Below are positions 41,265 to 53,337 of a DNA stretch of 64,000 bases, piece by piece. The number at the start of each line of letters is the position of its first letter. The first letter of the stretch is position 1. The DNA comes from Octopus sinensis (taxonomy: Eukaryota): contig NC_043003.1 in the NCBI RefSeq assembly GCF_006345805.1, positions 80,414,001 to 80,478,000 of the forward strand. The letters are read 5' to 3'. The notes beneath the pieces are model-generated. The model was given only the letters and a program-made list of their open reading frames with translations. It was not told the DNA's origin and made no database searches. The position numbers and the translations under genes were made by a program.

Positions 41265-41458
41265 GATTTCAAATATCGGTACGAAGCCAGCAATTTCGGG
41301 GGAAGGGGTAAGTCGATTACATCGATCACAGTGCTGAATTAGTAGCTATTTAATCAATCTCGAAAGGATGAAAGGCAAAGTCGACCTCGGCAGTTTTTGA
41401 ACTCTAAACGTAAAGATGAACGATATGCTGCTAACGATTCTGTCAGCTCGCCGCCTTA
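41265..41458 (-). mobile_element. SINE group A2
   Basis: gccagcaatttcgggggaagggg tail; gaaaggcaaagtcgacctcggc core; cagctcgccgcctt head. Confidence 0.8.
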
Positions 41459-41929
41459 CAATGCTTAAATATTGATTTTAAATTTTAGCACATGGCCCAT
41501 AATTTCGACATTCCTAAATGCATGTCATTTGATTCTTATTACTGATAGGTAAAGCATCACAATGTCATCGCTTTTTTAATGTGCTCTCCCAGCACATCAG
41601 GAAGGGATTTTGTATTTATAGTTATCCCACAATTAGGCAAGTCTGTTCGTAGTATCAATTTCATCGAAGTGAACGACCTCCCTTGTCAACTTATTTCAAA
41701 ATGCCGCGATACTCTTAAATGTTTAGTTTCGCGTGTTTCTATTGTTCTTTTCCCGTTGTTTCTTTTCTTGTTTGTTATCTAGATAGCTCTACGGGGAAAT
41801 GAAGCATTATTTTATGTTGAATTTTCTTGTAGATTCCTACACATGCATGCTTACACACTCACAAACTCATAAGCGCGCACACACACATGAACTACTGTCC
41901 GTTTGTACTGCTGGCCATTGACTTCCAGG

Positions 41930-42550
41930 TTACACTGTACCACAATTTTTTACTGTAACCACCACAAGGTTGGAGCAGCTGGAACGACTTCAGATATTCA
42001 GCAGATAGATCATTAGTGCTTTAATTACACATACACGATATCTCACCTCTACAGAAAACTCATAATCCTGCCATCCACATGCCTCACACAAATCCTTAAA
42101 GCATTTGGATCTGCAATGCTCTTCAGCGACATTGTTCTATTGTCAGAAGGGATTTTTGGTAAGTCAGATGGTACCATAATTTCAGGGAGTTGATTTTTTA
42201 GAGTAACAATTAGGGAATATGAATACTTCCTTCAAATATCCCGGCAGCTTTAACTTACTAGAATTGTTCAGAAATCTGGATTACTGCTCTATTTTGTTTA
42301 CGCTCCCGTGTTGTCTTTTGCTACCTTCTTGCGGAAAACAGAGGCAATCTTGGATGTCATTATAATCACACTGAATCTATTGCATTGCCTCTTTTAGTGG
42401 ATAGGTAAATAAGATGGTAACTTGGCAATACCTTCAAGCGCGCATGTCTTTAGAATGTGCTCCAACAATGCATAACATCGCTAGGTGAGATAATTAGCAT
42501 GTTTCTCCAATCTCATTGTCTAATAGTGGTAAAGATAAAAGCACATGGCA
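41930..42550 (-). mobile_element. Degraded 3' end of an R2-superfamily (Hero-like) REL retrotransposon
   Basis: LEHILKTC (CCHC part), QLPEIMVPSDLP (~FP.EI..T.LRPD), KDLCEACGWQDYEFSVEVRYR (~Y.DL..C..GW..PVEVGCRG), TLWWL. Confidence 0.5.
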
Positions 42551-43369
42551 CGTGTAACTGAAGAAAAATTATATCAACAACCATTAATGTATTATTGGAT
42601 AAAAATATAAAATATTGAATCTCGCTTCAAATGCATAGACTTAACACTGAATTCTACTTACTCGTTTTATTTGTACATGATCTATGAGAGTGATACGTGA
42701 TAATGTGTGATAACTATATGTGGGAACAAATCTAAAGTGATATATATTTACATATTATTCGGTGATTTATATTTTCACTTCACAGATTTATATGTTCACA
42801 TCTGAGAATTATATTATTTAGACATTATTCAACATATGCAATTTACAGAAAATTAGTATGCAACTACGTAACATATTTAATACACGTTTTTCAATGGGGG
42901 GGGGCTTATTTCTAAAAGTACTCAAATCCTACGAAAATCAATATGATTTAAGCACTTTTAGCAGTATAATCTTCAATTTATCACTCGATTGCTTTAGTTT
43001 GCTGTAGAGTATAAAGCGATGTACAAGAAAATGAAATCATCAGCTTATTATGATATAAAATAGTTTGTAATTATTCTTAGCATACACACAAACAAGTCTG
43101 GTTTCGCGGGATGTATAAAGACAATTAGAACCACCAAGAATGATAGATATTTGTAATGTTTTAGAAAATGGATACAGGAATACTTTTAAATATCTTCCGT
43201 TTGAATCAGACAATTTACAGGAACACGATTAGAATTTGCAAAAATTCGGGTTATTTTGGCTGGCGACCGACCTATTGCAAAACATTTTCAAGTCACCATT
43301 GTTATTTATATTCACATTCATATAAACACATATACATGCACATGCACATACATTCACAAACGCACACAA

Positions 43370-43437
<68 letters not shown>

Positions 43438-43635
43438 ACACTCATACACACACAAACTCGCACACACACGTAAGACATATGTGACTATGGAAATATACAT
43501 GTATGCATTTATTCAGATATATATGTTGTGTGTGTGTATGTGCGCGTGCGTCTGTGTGTATTTATATACTTATAAGTATGTATATATATGCATGTATATG
43601 TATGTGCCTGTGTGTGTATATATACACACACACAC

Positions 43636-43688
<53 letters not shown>

Positions 43689-44207
43689 TACCATCAGCTG
43701 ATTTATAATACACTTATCTGAAATCGATGTGAACTGGTCTTTTCACCTACAACGATCGATACCTCATTAATATTTAAAAATATTACTTTTATTCGCAGTT
43801 ATTATTTTGTTAGTTTAAACGCAGACCAGCACCATATCGAGCAGGCCCATTATTAAAAACATTCCAAGTATGATGAATCCGAATTTTGCCGACTTTAGAA
43901 CAACGAACTCATTGAGTGACCATCGCATAATTGAGTGATTACAGTTATATAAATGGTATGGACAAATATCATATATTTGTATTCCTAGAAAAGAGGGTGT
44001 CTACTGATCAATCTTTATATGCAATGGAATGAGAATAACAGCTGATCTGCAGTCAAATTTATAGATGCAGGCTGAATTAAGGATAAATAATCTGTTCTTT
44101 AAGAATTATAGCTTGCAACAAGTAAACCATCTGGAAAAATTAAAGAAAGGAATCCTCGAACTGATGATTAGAATCACGGTGATGAAGTGTTGTTGTTGTT
44201 GTTGATG

Positions 44208-44239
<32 letters not shown>

Positions 44240-44319
44240 GATGATAAGAACAAAATGTTAGTAATATGTCAGAGAATGATGAAAGACTATAGGAAGGATC
44301 AAATTATATCTATCCTGCT

Positions 44320-44490
44320 ACTGGCACAAGGCATGACATTTGGCGGAGGAGGATAATCGATCACATCGATTACCGACCTCGAAACGATGAAAGGCAAAGT
44401 CGACCTCGGTGGAATTTGAACTCAGTACGTAAAGACGGATGAAAACCGCTGAGCATTTTGCTTGGTGTGCTAACATTTGTGCCAGCTGAA
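44320..44490 (-). mobile_element. SINE group A2
   Basis: gatgaaaggcaaagtcgacctcggtggaatttgaactcag core. Confidence 0.8.
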
Positions 44491-44519
44491 GGACGAAATT
44501 ATAAAGAACAAAATTCTAA

Positions 44520-45330
44520 CACCAATCGCTGGAAGGATTACAGCCATTAAGGCATGAAGTACCGTTAGAGAAATTGATGGATATGATATCTCTGCACCGA
44601 GCGTGGTTAAACCTGGAGACTATAACAAGATGAGGTTGTTATATTGGGATAAAGCCTTAATTCACTGTCGAGATGATTAGATAAAAAGTACGTGAAATTT
44701 ATACTGATTTGAATAGCTGTAAGTGACACGATTACCACAGCTGGGATCATAACAACCAATATCTATAAACCAAATACACAAAAAGAATGCTAATGTCGAA
44801 AAAACTGATAAGATCTACTCTTCATTAAATACTACATAAGAGAAAATTCTGAAACATGACAAATTCTTGTGAGTGAATCCAATGACCATTTATGACGAGA
44901 AAGAAATAGATACTGGGTTACTATACACCAATTTTTAGCAAGAAATTTCAAAGAGATTATATTAAACTTCTTGGAATCGTCTGAAATTTATGATCTCTTC
45001 GAAACAAATACGTATTTTGATTATATATTGATACACAAGAAAACTTGCACATTTCCCAATAATAGCTCCGAAAATGAGATGGATCTCAATCTTATTTTTA
45101 GAGGCGATAACTAAAAAACTGATCGAGACACGTGTGTGTTCAAAGGAGTAGACATTGGTTCTGATCATTGCATGGGGAAGATGGTTATCAACATAAAACA
45201 AAAGAAATTTATTTAAGAATCTAAAAAATTCAATGGCTTTTGATATTGGCAATCTTAATGAAAGTAGCATCAGAGAATCGTATCAGCTAGACCGCAAGAG
45301 CCGATATGCTGCATTAAATGCAGAAAGTTA
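44520..45330 (+). mobile_element. Degraded LINE APE endonuclease (RTE-like)
   Basis: DLFETNTYF, KKTCTFPNNSSENEMDLNL (~TW.SPN..KNEIDYIL), CVFKGVDIGSDH. Confidence 0.55.
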
Positions 45331-46249
45331 TAAAGATCAATACTGAAGAAAAGTCAAAGACTGAAATCCGAAAATAGAATAGGAAGAAAGAAAGGAAAAC
45401 GTAGTGAACAATGGATATTATCAGTGATATGTGTGTGTTTTAGATATGTGACGGTAACAGAGAGTTAAGAGAAATACCATAAAGACATTAAACGGAAGCA
45501 TAAAGCACAGAGGAAAAAAGTGGAAAAACGTTGCTGAGAAAAAGCTGAAAGTTGGATTGAAGGGAAGGCAAAAACAGTAGAATTTGCCTCCACAAGAAGA
45601 GTTCCAACAACCTTGAGAAGAGAATGCAAACAACTGCTCTGCAGCGCAACCGTAAACAGGATGTTATCAATAAAAGGTAAAAAGTGTGTCTAAGATTTCA
45701 GAAGAACGAAAACAAAAGGGGAACAAGTTTTGCTCAATATGACCACAGCCTCTAGCAAAGGAGATAATAGGATAAACGCAAAGGAAATCGTTGTAGAGGA
45801 AGTTCCAAAAGATTTGAAATTCTCGAAAACTAAAGAAGTTGCCGATATAGATTTTATCACAGGTGAACATGCTTCTTTTTCTGTATTTCTATAACTTACA
45901 ATTTATAAACATTTTTTACAGGAAGGAAAGAACGGTAACATCAAAATTATACAAGGTCAAATTATTGAGAAGAAAACCCAACGCCACCTCACCAAGGAAA
46001 CGAAAAAAAAAGAGAACAAAAAGGAATATAAAAGAAAACTAGGGAGTATCATGCAAGAAGAGACGCAGAGGGAGTAACAGGTTGTACATAATTGCAAAGA
46101 CATTGTGACACTCACTGCAACATCTTGCCCACGTCGTGGACTCGTTTCTTAGACAAGCCGCAGTTAACTCGATTTCTGAGAGCATATCACCATTGCGGAG
46201 TCCGAGAAAATCTGAGTTATTGGCAGCGACCGGGACAAATAGATAGTAC

Positions 46250-47200
46250 CTGGTCAGGCTCCTGTATTTGTTTATCATGTTAAAAATAAAAGGAAACTCT
46301 GCAGGGAGTCCTACTTAACTGATTAAAAAGACCGTCTTCATGTGAAAATACCAGTACATTTCTAAGACGGTGGTTTTTATGTTCCTGATTCTAGTAGCTA
46401 CGCAATATCATAGGGTTGATTTGTTTTCTGCAAAACCATTCTATATGTCAGTGACTAACTCACAGCCACATCCATCATCATTATCAATATTTATTCAGAT
46501 GATACTAGACTCCATTCACCCATAATATTACCCGACTCTTCGCAACTACACCTCACATACTAAATTCACATTGATTGAATAAACAGAGACATTTAGAGCA
46601 TATCCTAACGAGAATCGCCTATCTTTCCCGAAAGCATCATTGTGCCACACGCCTTAATTCTGAGCAGTACTCAGCTAGAAATCTCAAAATCATTCTTGCT
46701 GGTGGGTCTCACTATCGCAGAGAAATGACAAAAGCAGAACCGCATTCTTGACATGATTATGACCGTATCCCAATGATTAGGTCTTATCTTCAGCGCTAAG
46801 AGATATTGATACTCTACGAAGTTCAGTTGAGTCCAAAAATGGAGTATTCTTCTCACGTCTCATTTGACCCCTACCTCCGGCTTTCGTGTGTCCCTGAAAC
46901 CATGACGATCGTGTCCACCTTACTACTAAATGGTATGAAGTAGCTTAGAAAACCATTTGTGACCCACCAAACACTCTACCCTGCCTCTCTCAGCTTATAC
47001 TATAATGGTCTTAGATCACTGAACCTTCCTCTAAACCCTACAAATAAAAACATTGGTAACAAAACCCAACGGTCAATGAAACTATTACTGAATAGCAATC
47101 GAAGTGAATGTTTTAGTAAAGAGAATTACTTTGCTCGTTGTAAACGCCAACCTGATTTCAATATTTGTATTAAATAGAATGAGGAACAAAACAAAAGAGA
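46250..47200 (+). mobile_element. Highly degraded Penelope-like RT region (tentative)
   Basis: APVFVYHVK (~PVFY.LPKIHK), IYSDD, NYTSHTKFT (~NSFHP.IKFT); collinear with the GIY-YIG tail at 47830. Confidence 0.35.
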
Positions 47201-47829
47201 AACAATACTTTAATATTCCTGAAGGCGAATCATACACTATTTCTGAATTATATAGAAATTATTACTAGTGACATTGATAATTACCAAGATTTTATGTACG
47301 AAATAAAATGGCACATTCCTGAACATGTTCAAATAGACTGGAAGCATCTATCACTTTTAGATGACCAACTCCAAGTTGTATACAGCAGACAATAACGATT
47401 AGAAACACTGCTGCAGAGTGTATACGCATAAGAGTAAGGAATATGTCTCGGATTAGAAAAACGCGTTTAAGTCGATAATAATATAGCAATGAAGTAGTGA
47501 GTTCTTATAATCGATTCCTCTGTTTCTCACAAGTTTTGGCATTGTGTTCAAGTGAGAAATCGGATTAGGGTAGAGTATTGGAAGAAACTTTAGTGTGTTG
47601 GAAGAAATGCAATGCGGTATTTTCTACGGATATTTACGTTCTGAATATAATCCTATCAATAGTCAAATTTGCTTTAATATTTTCAGTGTCGATAGTATAG
47701 AATGCCAGTCAAATGCTGGGATTGGCGTAAACATCTAATGTCTTCGACTACCGAAATTGCTCGCTTCCTGTTTACATTATAAAATCATTAATGGGGTGAG
47801 GTGGAAATATCGTTAGCAAGCCGGGCAAA

Positions 47830-48080
47830 ATGCAGATTCAACGTCAGGCATAAGAACAGTAGTTCGACAGAACTTATTAAACATTTCATTTCAAGTGGCT
47901 GCAAATTTGAAGAAGACTTGAAAATGCATATTCTCAGAAAATATTCTGAATCTGCTTCACTTTCACTTCTCAGAATGTATGGGGAGAAATATGTTTCCGG
48001 GTTATTAACATCACGACCTGGGGGAATGAATAAGATGACAGGAGAATATCATCTAATTTCTACAAAACTGTTTGATTAAA
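47830..48080 (+). mobile_element. Penelope-like GIY-YIG C-terminal fragment
   Basis: TELIKHFISSGCKFEEDLKMHILRK...LLTSRPGGMN matches PLE HF..GH..DL...IL...L.T..P.GLN. Confidence 0.65.
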
Positions 48081-48250
48081 TATTCTTCTTTCTCTCGTTT
48101 TTCTTCCCTTTTTCTGTCGTCTTCTTTTTTCTGTTTTTTTCTGTTTTTTTTCTTTTCGCCTGTTACTAAATTGTAAATTGAAAACTGATAATGTCATTCC
48201 ATCAACGTGTGGACACTGGTTGCTCTCGTTCATATTTTACGTTTAAATTT

Positions 48251-48256
48251 CTATTA

Positions 48257-48307
<51 letters not shown>

Positions 48308-48361
48308 ATTATTATTATTATATTATTATTATTATTACTATCATTACTATTATTATTATTA

Positions 48362-48403
<42 letters not shown>
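48251..48403. repeat. (TTA)n / (TAA)n tract at the 3' end of the R4/Dong element
   Basis: About 50 slightly imperfect units. Confidence 0.95.
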
Positions 48404-48404
<1 letters not shown>

Positions 48405-51400
48405 TATGTTTGACTTTTGCTTTATATCTGTACAAGTTGGCTCCAAGTCTCACCCAGAGACCTCAAGAGACAACAGGTTGGAAGTTCATGTTGTTGTTAT
48501 GCCTAGTGTGCCATATATTTGGGGGGTGGGGATGTTGTACTAATGAATGTCTAAAAAAAAAAGTTTTTTTTTTTTTTTTTTTTTTTAAACCGAAAATTAT
48601 GGTTGTTTTTAACTTGAGGTTACATAGAGAGTATTTTGCGTAGGATATGAGCAGTTCCCATGAGCACTATCTTTTGAACTTCTGCCATTTTGGGGTTTCC
48701 TGGTATCTGAGTTAGGTAGCTATCAGCCCCTTTTGCTATCATTCCCAGGGCACCTATGACAACAGGTATTGTTTTAGTCTTCAGCTTCCACATTTTGCTG
48801 ATTTCTATTTCAAGATCTTTATATTTTCTCAGTTTTTGGTAGGTCCTGACAGATACGTTTATATCGATTGGGACAGTCATATCAATGAGGAGGCATGTTC
48901 TTTGTTTGAAGTCTTTCAATATGATGTCTGGCCTATTTGCATCTATCTTCCTGTCAGTTTGAATGGTGAAATTCCAGAGGAGTGAGATGTGGTCATTTTC
49001 AAGCACTGGGGGTGGTTTGTGTTCCCACCAGTTTTTTTCATGGGGCAAATCCAGGTTTTTACAGATTACCCAGTGAATATATTGTGCAGCTCTATCGTGC
49101 CTGTTGAGATACTCTGTAGGCGCTAGAAGACTGCACTTGGAGACCACATGGTCAATGGTTTCATTTTGTTGCTTGCATACACGACACGTTGGACTGCTTC
49201 TGATCTTTAATATGTTGGCCTGGTAGTTTCTGGTTGGTAGGCATTGATCTTGAGCTGCTATGATAAACCCCTCTGTTTCAGATTTTAAGCCAGAGGCCAT
49301 TAGCCATTGATGGGTCAGGGCTTTGTCGATATCTGCATTATTCGCTCTCTTTGGGTATTTGCCATAGAGAGGTTTTTCTTGCCATTTATTATTCAGAATA
49401 TCTAAGGCCGCAGTTTTGGCACGGTTTTCATGCGCCTAGCTTTTTCTGTGCTTGTTTCTTGTATGTCTATCTCTAATTCCGAATTGGTTGTATTCGGAAT
49501 TCACTTAGATATTCCTTTGCCTGTTTTGTGACTGAGTATGATGCTTTCTTGTTTTCATGTTTTGAGACAGGTTTTAACATCCAGTCCTCAGAGTTTTTCA
49601 GGTAGGTGTCTAGGCCAATTGTAGCAATCTTCATTGTTATTGCCAGTTGCAAAAGACCACGGCCTCCCTCTTTTCTTGGCAGATAGAGTCGTTCTGTATC
49701 TGCCTTAGGGTGGTGCATTCTATGCATTGTCAACAGTTTCCTTATTTTTCTGTCGAGCTGACATATTTCATTAATTGACCAGTTAACATATTGAAACTGT
49801 AAGTCACGACTGGTATAGCTAATGCATTGATTGCTTCGATCCTGTTTCTTGCATTCAGCTCTGTCTTGAGTATTGCTCTCACTCTTCGATAGCATTCTCT
49901 CCTGATCCTTTCCTTCATCTCTGAATGCCTTATTCCGTTCCCTTCAATTACCCCTAGGTACTTGTAGCTCTCCGCTGGGTCTAGTTCTTTTATGACATTC
50001 TGTTGGTCAAGGTTAACGTTAGATGTTTCTGTCATTTTTCCTTTGATAAAGGTAGCCTTTGCACATTTATCGAGGCCGAATTGCATTCTGATGTCGTCAC
50101 TGAATTGTTTGACTATCGCTAGTAAGCCCTTGAGTTGTTGATCATTTTTTTGCAAAAAGCTTTAAATCATCCATGTAAACGAGATGATTTATATTTTTAT
50201 CAAACATTTTATACCCGTACTGCGCGTCATTGAGCAGCTTTGAGAGAGGTATTAAGGATAACAAAAGAGGAGTGGTGACAGTGAGTCACCCTGGAAAATG
50301 CCACACGAAATTTTACATCACCAGCATTTAGGGATTCACTGTCACTGTTCAGAGTTAGTGTGGTTCTCCATGATCTCATACTTACAGTCAAGAAGTTTCG
50401 CAGAGTTGGTGCTATCTTATACATTTCAAGGCATTTCCTAATCCAGCTATGTGGTAGGCTATCAAAAGCCTTTTTATAGTCTATCCAGGCTATTGATAAG
50501 TTTTTGTGTCGTTTGTGACAATCTTCTAAGATCATCTTATTGATGAGTAGTTGGTCTTTACAGCCGTAGGATCCACGTTTACATCCTTTCTGTTCATTAG
50601 GGAATATGCTGCTGTCTGTTAAAAACTATAGGTATATTCCGTCAGGACAGATGTTAGTGTTTTGTACATAGTTGTTAAGCAGGTTATGGTCTATAGTTTT
50701 TTGGTTCATTTTGTTCTTCACTTTTTGGAAGCAGGAATGTTAACCCATTAACTAGCCAAGGAGGCATCCTACTAGGGTGTTGCAAAACATCATTGTACAG
50801 TTCTGTTAGCAGTTCATGGCTCTCTGGGAAGGCATTCAGCCAGAAGTTAGGAATTTTATCCTTTCCTGGAGACTTCCATTTGCTTGACCTCCTGAGAGCA
50901 GATCTTATATCTTCTACTTTGACACCCTCCCACTTTTGCTCTTCTAAGGGGTCCAGTTCTGTAGATATTCTGTCAATCCAGGGGGCCTTTTCGTTGTGTG
51001 TTTTTTCTTCTGCCCAGATTTTATTCCAAAATCTCTGCACTTCTTCTTTTGATGGTACAGACCCTGCAGTAAACGCTGTTTTTCCTATCTTCCTGTAAAA
51101 ATTCTTGTGTTATTTTTGAACATGTTGTTGTCCTTGAAAAATCTAACACGCTTTTCATACCTCGCTATGCGGGCAGCTTTGGCAGATACCTTTTGTTTGA
51201 TGGTTTCTATGGTGGCATCAATATCAAGTATAGTTTTCATATTGTATTTTTCAGTAATTTTTGGGTTTTTGTAGGTTTGGTAGTCTTGTGAGCCTTAATT
51301 TTTCAAATATTCAATGTCAGATCTAAATACTTTAATTTGTTGTTGCAGACGCTCTTGCCAAGAAGGCTTTTTGTGGGACCGTTGCCGTTTTCTAATCTTT

Positions 51401-51800
51401 ACACCACATAGGATCGTTGAGATTTTCGCGGATGCATAGTATAGGTGGTTGAGGTTTGTGATATCAACATCATTAACTGAAATTGTATCCTTAAGTGCAA
51501 GCCGGATTTTTACCAATTATTTTCATGTTTTGGTTAGAGTTGCGGATTTTAGGAAGTGTATCACGCTCATCCATGCTGGTTTCTTTAATTTTCAGCCATT
51601 CAATCATGATTTGACTTTTAGCTCATGTAGTTCTGTTGGGTCAATATTTGTGTGACTTTCTTTATCTATTTGATGCTCATCTGTCTTAGTGTTTATGATT
51701 GGTTCAGGGCGTATTTCACTTTGCCTATCACTTATACTAACTCTTTCAATCCTCTCTTCGTTTTTATCCGCCCTGGGCTGGTCTATAATCATTTCCTCTC
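48404..51800 (-). mobile_element. R4/Dong-clade non-LTR retrotransposon, 5'-truncated, inserted in (TAA)n
   Basis: Single RT + REL ORF in pieces, ~215 bp 3' UTR ending gtcaaacatagaa(taa)n, TAA tracts on both sides. Confidence 0.92.
48620..51792 (-). pseudogene. R4/Dong ORF as assembled (RT, CCHC zinc knuckle, restriction-like endonuclease), frameshifted
   Basis: [61 protein letters not shown] (~50168-50182), YKYLG, CRVC-x7-H-x4-C, RPDIIL...LIDMTVP...KYKDL...PVVIGALG. About a dozen 1-bp indels join the pieces. Confidence 0.9.

Positions 51801-51852
<52 letters not shown>
51801..51852. repeat. (TTA)n / (TAA)n tract at the 5' junction of the R4/Dong element
   Basis: About 17 perfect units. Confidence 0.95.
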
Positions 51853-52059
51853 AACGTACTTAATTACATAACTATAGTATTTCGTTCAACTTACATTCAT
51901 TTGGATTTGGTGAAGTGTATTTCTCCCGACATATATTATCAGTATAAATATAGTTAACTACCTGCTTGCATCCCTACCTACCTACTTACCTACCTACATA
52001 TTTACCAACTTACTTACCTATCTATCTGGTTACCAGGTTACGTACACTCACATACATAG

Positions 52060-52104
<45 letters not shown>

Positions 52105-52149
52105 CAGACACACACACATATACATTCTTTTGTTTTATTCTTTTATTTT

Positions 52150-52453
52150 TTTGCAGTAACTTGACTGCGGCTATGCTGTGGAACCGCCTTTAGTCGAACA
52201 AATCCCACCCCAGTACTTATTCTTTGTAAGCCTAATACTTATTATATCGATCTTTTTTGTCGAACGTCTACGTTACGGGGACATAAACACATCAGCATCG
52301 GTTGTTAAGCAATGGTAGGAGGAACAAACACAGACACACAAGTATGTTCATACACACACACTAGAGGACACTTTCCCAACGAACCACGCGGTGAGAGTGA
52401 AACGGAAACGTGTTTGCGAAGCAAGCCTCTTATCACACAGCCAGACCTACGCC

Positions 52454-52456
<3 letters not shown>
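52150..52456 (-). mobile_element. SINE group B, internally deleted
   Basis: ttgactgcggctatgctg...ttattctttgtaagccta...aacaaacacagacacaca, then a degraded head ending acgcctat. Confidence 0.75.
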
Positions 52457-52493
<37 letters not shown>

Positions 52494-52497
52494 CATA

Positions 52498-52776
52498 TCA
52501 CGTGACGTCACGTGACCGACCAGACCATCAGATGTAGTTACACATTGTTTTAGCCTTCGAATGACGCCACCCCACTGGCTAAGCGAGCAGGCCAACAGAA
52601 GAAAAAGAGAAAGAGTGGTGAAAGAGTACATCAGGGATCACCGACCCGTGCCGGAGCCTTGTGGAGCTTTTAGGTGTTTTCGCTCAATAAACACTCACAA
52701 CACCCGGTCTGGAAATCGAAACCGCGATCCTACGACTGCGAGTCCGCTGCCCTAACCACTGGGCCATTGCACCTCC
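52498..52776 (-). mobile_element. SINE group C body 2, copy 1
   Basis: Head nearly identical to the 12063 SINE over ~150 bp, then an unrelated tail ending gtcacgtgacgtcacgtgata; TA tracts both sides. Confidence 0.85.
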
Positions 52777-52929
<153 letters not shown>

Positions 52930-52933
52930 CATA

Positions 52934-53337
<404 letters not shown>

